Assembly: GCA_029856045.1 (NCBI GenBank)
Contig: JAHQWG010000016.1
Coordinates: 224,001 to 288,000, forward strand
Length of the DNA stretch: 64,000 bases
Direction of reading: 5' to 3'
Source of the DNA: Promethearchaeia archaeon
Lineage (GTDB): Archaea > Asgardarchaeota > Lokiarchaeia > Sigyniarchaeales > SOKP01
The notes under the pieces were generated by a model. The model was not told the origin of the DNA. It worked only from the letters and a program-made list of their open reading frames with translations, and made no database searches. The position numbers and the translations under genes are program-made. Shown here piece by piece: positions 52,278 through 62,535 of the stretch; positions within the stretch are counted from its first letter, which is position 1, and the number at the start of each line of letters is the position of its first letter.

Positions 52278-53057
52278 TTGCATTTTATTACATCTATACT
52301 TCAAAATTCAATGCTGAAAAATCCAGCAGAAGATTATAAGGAAATCCACAAACATTTTACAAGATATTCTAAAGGAGAATTTACTGGACCAGTAATGAAA
52401 GTTAGATTCTCAGCTAATAAAATAACATTATCTGGGAGTTTTGAATATGAGGATTTTATCCAAGAATATGTAGTTTCCGTAATACCCGATAATGAAATTG
52501 AAGTGAAATTGGACATCCTTGCTGGGTCAGATTTAAGTGCAGTTTTTCCAAAGTTAGGTTTAGATTGGCAATTGAAAAAATCAACAGGAGAAATTAAAAA
52601 TTTTAAGGGTACATTTCAAGAAAAATTCTTTAAATCAAGATTTCTTGAGGTAATAAAAGAACTGAATAAATTTAGTTATTATTTTATCAATTTTAATGAT
52701 CAACAAGGATTTTCTGTAAAATGTAAAACAAAACCACCGCAACCATCTAAAAAAAAAATAACTGATAAAGAATTTGAAAAATTAACTAAATTTTGTATTG
52801 GTACAGTAAAAAACACAAAAAAAAATCAAAAGATTTTATATGAAAAATTAATCCCAGATTTTGAAGATAAAATACCTGAAACAATTAAAATAATTAAATT
52901 AATTAATATATATAAATTCAATAATATTATCATTCCTAAAGGCCTAAAAAACACCATTTTGATAAGACTTAAAGCAATAAGAGAAGGAAAATTAGTGAGA
53001 ACTATTGAAATTAATAATGATATGGAATATGAAAATTCATTAACTTTCTCAGTATAA
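52278..53057 (+). CDS. conserved hypothetical protein
   Basis: 259-aa ORF with H.HF.RYSKGEF.GP and RL.A.R.GKL.R blocks; function not assigned. Confidence 0.7.
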   Translation: MHFITSILQNSMLKNPAEDYKEIHKHFTRYSKGEFTGPVMKVRFSANKITLSGSFEYEDFIQEYVVSVIPDNEIEVKLDILAGSDLSAVFPKLGLDWQLKKSTGEIKNFKGTFQEKFFKSRFLEVIKELNKFSYYFINFNDQQGFSVKCKTKPPQPSKKKITDKEFEKLTKFCIGTVKNTKKNQKILYEKLIPDFEDKIPETIKIIKLINIYKFNNIIIPKGLKNTILIRLKAIREGKLVRTIEINNDMEYENSLTFSV

Positions 53058-53248
53058 ATTATTTTTTATAAAGCTAAAGGAATTTTAATAATTAAATTAA
53101 CTTAAAAATCACTTTCGATCAATACTGAAATTGTATATTTTAAATAAATTTTAATTTTAGTAAATATTTACAAATATATTATTTATTTCCTAAAAGTTAG
53201 TGATTTCTTATCTCTGAACTTAAACCCTTATTAAAATCATTTTTATTT

Positions 53249-53788
53249 GTGATTGGAGGCAATATTTGCATTGAAGTCGCAAAAGAGTTATTGAATTCAA
53301 AAAATAAAGAAATAACCGATGATATAATAACGGAAAACATAAAGAAAAGAATTCAAGATATAAATATTGATTTTGAACCGGATGATGAGGAAAAATTAAA
53401 GTTAAATACGGTTCGAAAAACATTATATAAATTATATTCAGCAAAATTAGCTCAATTTAGAAGAGTGAGGGATAAGAATACAGGTTGGTTTATCTATTAT
53501 TGGTGGCATGATTTTGATAAGCTAAATGAGATTTTACTTGAAAAAGAGCAAAAAATAATAAGTAAATTAAGGGATCGATTAAGATATGAGTTAAATAATT
53601 ATTTTTTTATTTGTGAAAATTGTAGAAAACCTGAAACTCGGTTTATTTTTGATGACGCTGTAGATTTAAATTTCAAATGCCCTGTTGATGGTTGCGGAGG
53701 TAATTTAGTTGCAGATGAAAACAAAAAAATAATTGATTTCTTAAAGGAAAAAATAGTTACACTTCAAGAAACAATAAAAAATTTTTAA
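53249..53788 (+). CDS. tfe: transcription factor E alpha
   Basis: LNTVRKTLYKLY, RVRDKNTGWFIYYW and Zn ribbon CENC...FKCP..CG; the true start may lie upstream. Confidence 0.93.
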   Translation: MIGGNICIEVAKELLNSKNKEITDDIITENIKKRIQDINIDFEPDDEEKLKLNTVRKTLYKLYSAKLAQFRRVRDKNTGWFIYYWWHDFDKLNEILLEKEQKIISKLRDRLRYELNNYFFICENCRKPETRFIFDDAVDLNFKCPVDGCGGNLVADENKKIIDFLKEKIVTLQETIKNF

Positions 53789-53794
53789 CTCATA

Positions 53795-54343
53795 TTAATT
53801 CTTCTTCTTCCTTACTGTAATCATATCTCCTAATGTCGTTGGAGCCTTTTTTTGTTGAATATATCTTCTATAGTCATTCTCATCTTCTTTCTTTTTTTCA
53901 ATGAGCTTAATATTGTAAGTCTTTTCAATCTTTTTAGCTAATGAGATTGTTGGGATTCTTTTTCCGTTTTCAAGGCTTCGGATTAAAGATTCTTTCTCAT
54001 GTAATTTTAAAGCGAATTTTTCTTGAGTTAATTTATATCTTTCTCGTGCTTTTTTAATTTTAGTCGCGAAATTCCTGACAATTTGTAGATCTGACTCATC
54101 ATCTTTTTTTACACTTGGTTTCGCTATATAAGGGATAATTCCCGATTTACGCTTTACCGGTTTTTTATAAAAGATTTTTGATTGAGTTTTTGAAGAGGAA
54201 GTTATTGAAGTTTTTTGTCCTAAATTTGAACATGATTGACACACTGTGACTTTAACACCCTCAACAACAATATTAATGGGTTTCCCCCAAATTATGCCTC
54301 CACAAATTGAACATTCTGGATAATTTTGCTTTTTATGGGACAT
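53795..54343 (-). CDS. archaeal multiprotein bridging factor MBF1
   Basis: CSICG...VEG....VC..C Zn ribbon, HTH (ARE...LTQE.FA....KES.I..LE.G) and TLGD. Confidence 0.92.
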   Translation of the reverse strand: MSHKKQNYPECSICGGIIWGKPINIVVEGVKVTVCQSCSNLGQKTSITSSSKTQSKIFYKKPVKRKSGIIPYIAKPSVKKDDESDLQIVRNFATKIKKARERYKLTQEKFALKLHEKESLIRSLENGKRIPTISLAKKIEKTYNIKLIEKKKEDENDYRRYIQQKKAPTTLGDMITVRKKKN

Positions 54344-54582
54344 TATATTTTCTTATATTATTAGAAATAAAAAAAATTTATGTATAAATTTACTAAAAAT
54401 ATTTTTATTGTAATAAAATTTCAAGATATTGAATTTCTTTTTATCCAATAATTACAATTAAATAAATTTTAAATAACATTATCGTCATTTTCTTATATCT
54501 GATAATAATATTTTATATAATCATCAAATTTAAATTTTCTAAATATATATTTAGTCATAATAAAAAAGAATGAAAAACATTA

Positions 54583-55797
54583 ATGCCCGCTATTAAAGAA
54601 AAAAATAAAAAAGAGGATCTCAAAGAAGGAGAGTATTTAGTCACTTATACACGACACCTTGAAAAACGACTAAGAAGTCTAGAGACTGAAAAACAATTAT
54701 TAGACGCAGAACGACTAAGATTAGAACAAGAACTTCATAGTTTAAGAAATGAAATAGATAGACTTAGAGAACCGCCTTTAGTTACCGCTACTGTTATTGA
54801 TGTGCTTGATGAAAAAAAGGGAAGAGCGGTAGTAAAAAGCTCAACAGGTCCAAGTTTTGTAGTTAATTCAAGTCGAAAAGTTAAAGGCCAAAAAATAGAA
54901 TCGGGTATGAGGGTCGCACTGAATCAACGTACGTTTGCAATTATGGAGATTTTACCTGCAAAGTTAGATCCATTTGTTAAAGGTATGGAAGTGATTGATT
55001 CCATTCCAGATATTTCATATGAAGATGTTGGAGGTTTAGAGGAACAAATACAAGAAATTCGAGAAACCGTCGAATTACCATTAAAGAAACCAGAATTATT
55101 TGAAAGAATTGGAATTGAACCTCCTAAGGGAGTATTATTATTTGGAGCTCCTGGTACTGGTAAAACATTGGTAGCAAAGGCTGTAGCGCATGAAACCCAA
55201 GCTAGATTTATCAGAATTATTGGTTCTGAGTTAGTTCAAAAGTTTATTGGAGAAGGTGCACGTTTAGTTAGAGAGATATTTCAACTGGCTAAAGAAAAAG
55301 CACCATCAATTATCTTTATTGATGAATTAGATGCGATTGGATCAAAACGATTACAAATTGCCACTTCGGGAGATAGAGAGGTTCAACGAACATTAATGCA
55401 ACTTCTCAGTGAGATGGATGGATTTGACCAAAGAGGGGATGTTAAAATTATTGGTGCTACTAATAGACCTGATATATTAGACCCTGCTCTATTAAGACCT
55501 GGTAGATTTGATCGATTAATAGATTTTCCAATTCCTGGATGGCAAGGAAGAGAGTGTATTTTTAAGATTCATATGAGAGGGATGAATATTGACAAATCTA
55601 ACTTTAATTTAAATCGTCTAGTAGATATGACAAAAGGAGCTACAGGAGCAGATATAAAGGCAATATGTTCTGAAGCGGGTATGTTTGCTATTAGGAGAGA
55701 AGCAGATAATATATCCTTTAAGGACTTTTTAGAAGCTACTAATAAAGTTTTAGGAAAAATGAAAGAAAAAAGTATGGAATCTAAGCTTTACTCTTAA
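54583..55797 (+). CDS. pan: proteasome-activating nucleotidase
   Basis: Coiled coil, OB domain, Walker [28 protein letters not shown] and HbYX tail LYS. Confidence 0.97.
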   Translation: MPAIKEKNKKEDLKEGEYLVTYTRHLEKRLRSLETEKQLLDAERLRLEQELHSLRNEIDRLREPPLVTATVIDVLDEKKGRAVVKSSTGPSFVVNSSRKVKGQKIESGMRVALNQRTFAIMEILPAKLDPFVKGMEVIDSIPDISYEDVGGLEEQIQEIRETVELPLKKPELFERIGIEPPKGVLLFGAPGTGKTLVAKAVAHETQARFIRIIGSELVQKFIGEGARLVREIFQLAKEKAPSIIFIDELDAIGSKRLQIATSGDREVQRTLMQLLSEMDGFDQRGDVKIIGATNRPDILDPALLRPGRFDRLIDFPIPGWQGRECIFKIHMRGMNIDKSNFNLNRLVDMTKGATGADIKAICSEAGMFAIRREADNISFKDFLEATNKVLGKMKEKSMESKLYS

Positions 55798-56022
55798 TTT
55801 CAAAATTATTTCTTTTTTGTGATAAATTTTATTTTGTTATTCATTTCTATTTTATAAAGTCAAAAAAGAGAGAGAAGGAAAAAAAGAAAGAATAAGAAAT
55901 ATTATTGATAAAATGGAAATATTATAATATCTATTAAAAAACCTTTTTTTAAAAAAAAAGTAATGATATTAACCTATAAGATAATTCAATAAAAATATAC
56001 CAGAAAATATAGTAGTTAAATA

Positions 56023-56499
56023 TTGCAGAACGAAGAAATTGCGTTCCGAAAAGTTAGATCGTTATCAGATTTTATTTTCGGTAAAGAAATTACAAATCTT
56101 TTTTTTAATGATGAAAGTAATTGTAAAATGGAAAGATCCAAGAAAACAAAAAAAATTAAATTTATTTATCATAACAATAATCTTTTATTTATTTTAAGAC
56201 CAACTTCCGGGTATTTTGCTCTAACTTTATATTCCGCTCAAAAAATAATTGATCATATACCTCCTCCTAAATTGAGAGTGATTGTACAAAATGATGTTTC
56301 GGAATTTATAAAAAAGGGGAGGAATGTTTTTTGTAAACATATAATAGAGATTGATACTAACTTAAGACCAAATGATGAGGTTATTGCTGTTAATGAAAAT
56401 GATAAATTATTAGGAATTGGAAAATTGAAGCTACCAGTTGATTATCTCTTATCATTTGATAAAGGCGTTGGAATAAAAATTAGAAAAGGAAATAAATAA
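56023..56499 (+). CDS. PUA-domain protein (archaeosine TGT C-terminal-like)
   Basis: S.KT.KI..I, GRNVFCKH and LRP.DEV. Confidence 0.85.
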   Translation: MQNEEIAFRKVRSLSDFIFGKEITNLFFNDESNCKMERSKKTKKIKFIYHNNNLLFILRPTSGYFALTLYSAQKIIDHIPPPKLRVIVQNDVSEFIKKGRNVFCKHIIEIDTNLRPNDEVIAVNENDKLLGIGKLKLPVDYLLSFDKGVGIKIRKGNK

Positions 56500-56558
56500 A
56501 ATAATATCTCACATTAAATGTAGTAATTAATATCAGAAAGAATTTTTGGTGATTTTTT

Positions 56559-57047
56559 TTGGTTAAAGTTCCAAAAGATCTTCAGAAAAAAAAGAAAGAT
56601 GTTCCTAAAAGACCACAACCTAAAATTGCAAGAAAAGGAGAGCAATCTTTAGGGTCAAGGGCCATGAGAAGAAAAATGGAGCAACAAGGAATCTCTATGG
56701 ACCCAATAGATGTGAATAGAGTAATTTTTGAGTTAGCAGATAAAACTATGGTGATAGAGCAACCAGAAGTCTTCTTAATGAAACAGATGGGGCAAGAAAT
56801 ATATCAAGTTATGGGAACGGCAGAAGAAAAAACAATTGGTATTTCAAGCGTAGAATCAGTTCAAATTGCAGATTCAACTGAAAAGGAAGAAATTACTGAT
56901 GAAGAATTAAAGCCAGAAATTACAGAAAATGACATACAACTTGTCGCCGCACAAGCAAATGTTTCATTAAAAGAAGCTGAAGCAGCATTAAAAGATTCTA
57001 ATGGTAATATCGCTCAAGCAATTATTTTTTTGAAAAATAGACCTTAA
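56559..57047 (+). CDS. nac: nascent polypeptide-associated complex protein
   Basis: R.MRR.M...GI, GQEIYQV.G and UBA-like DIQLVA.QA.VS...A..AL....G.IA.AI. Confidence 0.93.
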   Translation: MVKVPKDLQKKKKDVPKRPQPKIARKGEQSLGSRAMRRKMEQQGISMDPIDVNRVIFELADKTMVIEQPEVFLMKQMGQEIYQVMGTAEEKTIGISSVESVQIADSTEKEEITDEELKPEITENDIQLVAAQANVSLKEAEAALKDSNGNIAQAIIFLKNRP

Positions 57048-57118
57048 TTAATTACCAAAAATTAAAGTAAGATAATATATTTTTTATGATATAAATTTTC
57101 AATAAAACCTATTAATCG

Positions 57119-57499
57119 TTGAAAATGTCTAAAAAAGAAAAAAAGAAACCATCTGCGCTACCTGAGCTACCCGATTTAGATAAAAAATTTTTAGATATAA
57201 TTCAATTTACAGGTTGGATCTCGCTCCTAATTGGTGGATCTCTGCTTATTTTAAATCTATATCTCGCTTTTATTGATGAAAACCATATAATAACAATAGG
57301 GGCCATTGAAATAGGGATTTCTAGAACTTCAGTTGTTATAATGATCTTTAGCATTACAACAACGGTTTTTTGTTTTGGCATAGTTGATCTATTAAGAAGT
57401 GATCTCTCAAAAAAGAGACAATATTTTATGTCTTGGTTAATTGGAGAATTCCTATTAGCTATGTTTGGAGTCTTCTCTTTAGCAGTATATCAATGGTAA
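57119..57499 (+). CDS. hypothetical membrane protein
   Basis: Three hydrophobic helices. Confidence 0.7.
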   Translation: MKMSKKEKKKPSALPELPDLDKKFLDIIQFTGWISLLIGGSLLILNLYLAFIDENHIITIGAIEIGISRTSVVIMIFSITTTVFCFGIVDLLRSDLSKKRQYFMSWLIGEFLLAMFGVFSLAVYQW

Positions 57500-57527
57500 C
57501 TCTGAGTTCTTAATCTAAATTTCTATT

Positions 57528-57884
57528 TTAGACATATTCTTCCCTATAAGGGGAAAATGCTTCAATTACTTCAGCTTCTTCTAATATAAATGCCCCATGT
57601 TTTTGATTAGAATTAAAAATGTAGGAATCTCCCTTTTTTGTTATAAATTGCTCCATTTTTCCCCCTTCTTCTATTTCAAACCTTATCTTTCCTCTTAAAA
57701 CAAAACCTGTTTGACTCGATATATGAGTATGAATTGGAATTGTAAAATTTTTCTCTAATAAAAATTGGCAAAGCATTATGTTTTCATTGAAAACTAAAGT
57801 CTTTCTATATATACCATCTAACATTTTAACAAATTTTGTCTCTTCTAACCCGATTTTAAACTTCTCACTCAAAATATAAAGCAC
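57528..57884 (-). CDS. cupin-domain protein
   Basis: P.HTH...Q.G.V..G, GDSY.F.S...HG and FSP.REEY. Confidence 0.88.
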   Translation of the reverse strand: MLYILSEKFKIGLEETKFVKMLDGIYRKTLVFNENIMLCQFLLEKNFTIPIHTHISSQTGFVLRGKIRFEIEEGGKMEQFITKKGDSYIFNSNQKHGAFILEEAEVIEAFSPYREEYV

Positions 57885-58388
57885 CTAAACAATACATATT
57901 TTTTTACAATCAAATTAGAAAATTTATTTCTTTAAATATGACAGTTTTATTTTTACTATTATTATAATTTTCTGAATTTCAAAATCAATTCTCAAAAAGA
58001 ATTTAAAAATTAGAAAGTCAGCAAACTCTCTCAAAATAAACGACATAAAAAATAATATAATAAAAATTTAAAATATTTAGAAATCTCTCAATTTAATATA
58101 TCAAATCATAATATAATCAATCAATAAATATCTAAGCGCACATTAATAAATTTTCTTATGGTGGTAATAATTTTTTTAAAAAATAAAAAAAACATTAATT
58201 TTTTATATCTAAAAAATAAATTATTAATTCAATTGTATCAAATTATTCTAACAGAGGGAAACGGAGAGGTGCCGACAAAATACGACAAAAAGAATCACTT
58301 ATTTCGAACTAAACTCTTTTCTTTTAGGAAAAAAATATCCAACCCTTAAAAACAAGTATTAAAAATAATTTTAAAAAAATGAATAATT

Positions 58389-60551
58389 ATGGTCATTACA
58401 ATACAAGATAAAGATTTAAAAGATTCGAAAGAAAAAAATGCTAAAAAAAATCAACATCGCATTTGGTATATTAAAAATCTTCTTCCAAAAGTCTATCAGT
58501 CTAAAGGAGATGTAGTTAATTTTGATCCCATTAAGATTGAAGAAAGTATTATCAAAGAAACTAGCATGGATATAGAAGAAGCGAAAAAAGTAACTGAAAA
58601 AGTAGTTAGAAGAATCATTTCATCAACTATAAAGTTTCTCTCAGGGCCACATATTAGAGAATTAGTATGTTCCGTTTTGTCTGAACAAGGTTTTGAAAAT
58701 GAAAGAAAACTTTATACAAGAATCGGTATGCCTCTTATGGATTATGAGCGACTCTTATATAAAGGAACTAAAGAAAATGCAAATCAATTTTCTAATCCAG
58801 AATCAATTCATAATTGGAGTGCTGATAGTTTAGCCGAAGAATACGCACTCTTAAGATTACTTACTACAGAACAATCCCATGCACATTTATCTGGAGATAT
58901 CCACGTTCATATGCTGAGATATTTCGATTTGCGTCCTTTCTGCCAAGAATGGGACCTAAGATTAATTTTAAAGTATGGACTTCCCCCAACAAAAACGTGG
59001 AGCCACTCAGCTTGCTCAGGACCCGCGAAATCTGCTATGGTTGCAATGTTACATGCAGCAAAATGGTTGGGAATAGTACAGGGTGAGTTTAGTGGTGGTC
59101 AGGGTTATGATAATTTCACTACAATGATTGCACCATATATTTCAGGTTTAAATGAGAAAGATATAAAACAGGCGGCCCAATGTTTTGTTTTTGAAACAAA
59201 TCAAATTTTTGCTGCACGAGGAGGTCAAGTTCCATTTACCTCTATATCATGCACACCCACTGTGCCTAAAATATTAGAAGAAATAAACGCAATTGGTATA
59301 GGTGGAAAGGTTGTTGGTAAATATGGTGACTTCAAAGATGAAACCCTAAAATTATTCAATGCTTTAACTGAGATCTATTACGAAGGGGATGGCTTTGGAA
59401 AACTATTTGCATTTCCAAAACATGAAATAAAATTGAAAAAAGAATGGATGATAAAATATGAAGATGCCTATTTAAAACTAATGGAAGAAACTGCTAAATT
59501 TGGAACGCCATACTTTCTAAATACTTGCGCTGATTGGCTTCCCGATGAAATACACAGCCAATGTTGTAGAATAATATTAACTCCCGATGGTATGAGAAAA
59601 ACATGTGATGATCCTGATGCTTTTGATTGGACAAAATCATACATGAATATGGGCTCGCTTCAAAGTATTTCTGTTAATTTACCCAGGGTGGCTTATCAGT
59701 CAAATGGTGATGATGATAAATTATTCGAAATATTGGGTGATCGTCTTAACATGATGAAAGACATAAATCTTATTAAGCTTAATATTCTTGAACAAAGGTT
59801 AAAGGATCGGCAATTACCACTTTGTGCAAGTGTAGTTGATGGAAACCAATTACTTGATATGAGAAAACAAAGCCTCTCAATTGGTTTTGTGGGATTAAAT
59901 GAAATGGTTCAATATCATACCGGACAAGAATTACATGAATCAGATACAGCTTTTAATTTTGGAAAACGAGTTCTTCAATTTCTGTCAGACAGAACGGAAG
60001 AATTTAAATACCATCCCCATAACACTCAAAAAATTAAATTTAGCTTATGGGAACAACCAGCTGAGCATTGTTCAACTAGATTTGCTCTTTTAGACCTAAA
60101 ACATTATAAAAACAAAGTCATATATTGTGGAACTAAAAATTCTCCATATTATACAAATAGTAGTCATCTAAATTATGATGCTGACATTCCTCTTTTCGAA
60201 AGAATCCTAAAACAAGCTGAATTTCACCCCATTATTAAAGGTGGAGTAATTACTCATTTATGGATGGGCGAGCAAAAACCTGATCCAGAGGATATTTGGC
60301 AAATGACGAAAAAAATCGCCTTTAACACCAATACAGCTTATTTTGCTTATACTTTTGATTTTTCTTATTGTACAAAATGCGGACTTTTTATTCAAGGAGT
60401 TCATGATGAATGCAGTAATCCAAGATGTGATGGTAAGGGGAAAGATATTGAAGTTTATTCAAGGGTTACCGGGTATTATTCTCGTGTGGACCGTTGGAAT
60501 AAAGGTAAGGCACAAGAATTCAAAGATAGAAAACGATATGGTCTTGTTTAA
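58389..60551 (+). CDS. nrdD: anaerobic (class III) ribonucleoside-triphosphate reductase with ATP cone
   Basis: ATP cone, H.SGDIH.H, SQCCR, SVNLPR.A, QPAE, YYTNS, Zn ribbon and glycyl motif YSRVTGY. Confidence 0.95.
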   Translation: MVITIQDKDLKDSKEKNAKKNQHRIWYIKNLLPKVYQSKGDVVNFDPIKIEESIIKETSMDIEEAKKVTEKVVRRIISSTIKFLSGPHIRELVCSVLSEQGFENERKLYTRIGMPLMDYERLLYKGTKENANQFSNPESIHNWSADSLAEEYALLRLLTTEQSHAHLSGDIHVHMLRYFDLRPFCQEWDLRLILKYGLPPTKTWSHSACSGPAKSAMVAMLHAAKWLGIVQGEFSGGQGYDNFTTMIAPYISGLNEKDIKQAAQCFVFETNQIFAARGGQVPFTSISCTPTVPKILEEINAIGIGGKVVGKYGDFKDETLKLFNALTEIYYEGDGFGKLFAFPKHEIKLKKEWMIKYEDAYLKLMEETAKFGTPYFLNTCADWLPDEIHSQCCRIILTPDGMRKTCDDPDAFDWTKSYMNMGSLQSISVNLPRVAYQSNGDDDKLFEILGDRLNMMKDINLIKLNILEQRLKDRQLPLCASVVDGNQLLDMRKQSLSIGFVGLNEMVQYHTGQELHESDTAFNFGKRVLQFLSDRTEEFKYHPHNTQKIKFSLWEQPAEHCSTRFALLDLKHYKNKVIYCGTKNSPYYTNSSHLNYDADIPLFERILKQAEFHPIIKGGVITHLWMGEQKPDPEDIWQMTKKIAFNTNTAYFAYTFDFSYCTKCGLFIQGVHDECSNPRCDGKGKDIEVYSRVTGYYSRVDRWNKGKAQEFKDRKRYGLV

Positions 60552-60646
60552 TTTTTTTTATCTTTTTTCTCCAATTCTATTTATATTCTTAATAAAAAAT
60601 TATAATCATACCTAATTTTTTTAAAATTCCAATAACTTAATTATAT

Positions 60647-60982
60647 ATGAGCTCATTTTTCAAAGATTTGACCATTTCAAACCTTCAAAAAGAAATTGAT
60701 AATTGGATTATCAATGAAGGTGGCGGATATTGGCCACCGTTTTCAATGTTAGCTGCTATTCTTGAAGAGTTGGGTGAGGTTTCGCGTGAAATTAATATTA
60801 TAGAAAAAATTAAACCCCCCAAACCTGATCAGGTTAAGGGAGATCTGGGCATGGAATTAGCAGATCTAGTTATTGCAATAATATGTACTGCTAATTATTA
60901 TAAAATTGATTTGGCTGAAAAATTAATCGAAAAAATAAAGCAAATAAAAATTAGAGACAAAAATAGATTTATTAAAATATAA
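60647..60982 (+). CDS. MazG-like nucleotide pyrophosphohydrolase
   Basis: GGYW.P, EELGE..RE and ELAD. Confidence 0.9.
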   Translation: MSSFFKDLTISNLQKEIDNWIINEGGGYWPPFSMLAAILEELGEVSREINIIEKIKPPKPDQVKGDLGMELADLVIAIICTANYYKIDLAEKLIEKIKQIKIRDKNRFIKI

Positions 60983-60999
60983 GAAAATAATTGATTAAT

Positions 61000-62400
61000 T
61001 TATTCAATCATTTTACAGATATTTTCAATTTTCGCTACGGTCTCATCAACTATTTCATTTGTATGTTGTATACAAGTATAAAATCTACTCCCCGCAACTG
61101 AAATTATATTTTCGCAAACTAATGCCGCACCTAAATGCTCCATAAATTCCTTACGTTCCCTTATTTGACCAAAATGCTTAGGGTTATCCATATCTAAATT
61201 CATTACAGCGGATGTATGCATATGAACCGTGGCATTGAAATTATAGGAAATCCATGGTAAATTATATTTTTTAAATATTTCATTTAATCCATTTGCCAAC
61301 CAAGTTCCTATTTTTCCTGCCTTCTCAGTAGCATTAGTTTCCTCAACAAATTTTATTGCCCAGTATGCTGCTGCACAAGTTAATGGGTTTGCAGCAAGAG
61401 TTCCACCACAATATGCCCTTTTTCTACCACCGCCCACTCCTGCAGCGATATATTGCATAACATCTGCTCGACCACCAATTGCGGCAGCAGATGGGTATCC
61501 ATGCCCCACAATTTTACCAAATATAGAGATATCGGGATTAATCCCATAATATGCCTGACCACCGCCCATATGTAATCTAAAAGCACAAACAACTTCATCA
61601 AATATCAATAAAGCTCCATTTTCATGACACAGTTCTTCCACTTCTTTATTAAATCCAGGTCTTACGGGATTTGCTCCACTCTCTGGACCCATAGGTTCGA
61701 GTAATACTGCCGCTATTTTCTTCTTCTCTTTAAATAATTGTTTTAATGCTTCAATATCATTTGGCTTGACAGACTCTATAAATTTAAACACCGGTTTTGG
61801 AATTCCATGTGATTCTAAAGTTTTTGTACCAGGAATATGCAAATCATAAACTAATTGATCACTCCATCCATGATAACCTCCACCTATTTTAATAACCCAT
61901 TTCCTGCCAGTAAAAATCCGAGCTACTCTTATTGCTAACATGTCAGCCTCAGTACCTGATTGTAACCATCTAATATTTTCGCAAGAAGGAAAGTGCTTTT
62001 GTAAAGCTTCTGCAGCTAAAATCTCATATTCATTAGTGATTCCATGACAAGATCCTATTTCTTTAATAACTTCGATAATCTTTTCTGTATGAGGTGGATA
62101 ATTATGTCCTAAAATGGTTGGACCCCCATTCATAAGGAAATCTACTAATTTAACATCATCAACAGTCCACATATAACATCCATCAACTCTCTTGGATGCT
62201 AATGGAAATGGAAAATTAAATGCAAGATTATGCTCCACACCACCCGGAATGATTTTTCGGGCTCTATCATATAACTCCTTTGATTTTTTATGTGTTTCTG
62301 TATACTTTTTAACTATTTCTTTTAATTTATCTGGCTTAAATTTCCTTAAAGGATTATTAACTAAACCTTTTATTCCTTCCATTATTTCATTATAATTCAT
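61000..62400 (-). CDS. class III PLP aminotransferase (GSA-aminomutase-like)
   Basis: IPGGV, GPTILGH, SGTEA, GGYHG, LIFDEV, FGK and GGTL..NP. Confidence 0.9.
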   Translation of the reverse strand: MNYNEIMEGIKGLVNNPLRKFKPDKLKEIVKKYTETHKKSKELYDRARKIIPGGVEHNLAFNFPFPLASKRVDGCYMWTVDDVKLVDFLMNGGPTILGHNYPPHTEKIIEVIKEIGSCHGITNEYEILAAEALQKHFPSCENIRWLQSGTEADMLAIRVARIFTGRKWVIKIGGGYHGWSDQLVYDLHIPGTKTLESHGIPKPVFKFIESVKPNDIEALKQLFKEKKKIAAVLLEPMGPESGANPVRPGFNKEVEELCHENGALLIFDEVVCAFRLHMGGGQAYYGINPDISIFGKIVGHGYPSAAAIGGRADVMQYIAAGVGGGRKRAYCGGTLAANPLTCAAAYWAIKFVEETNATEKAGKIGTWLANGLNEIFKKYNLPWISYNFNATVHMHTSAVMNLDMDNPKHFGQIRERKEFMEHLGAALVCENIISVAGSRFYTCIQHTNEIVDETVAKIENICKMIE

Positions 62401-62535
62401 ATTTCATTAATCACTTTCACTAATTTTGAAAAGCCTTTGACAATGTGCTTTTTATTTAATAATATTTAAAAAATTAAGACAAAATATTAATTTAAGCAAA
62501 AAACATTTTTAATAAGAACTTAAAATGTGCTAAGA

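Noticed and set aside
58158-58349. 63-aa ORF upstream of nrdD
   Set aside because: Low-complexity translation of AT-rich promoter DNA overlapping the putative regulatory motifs.
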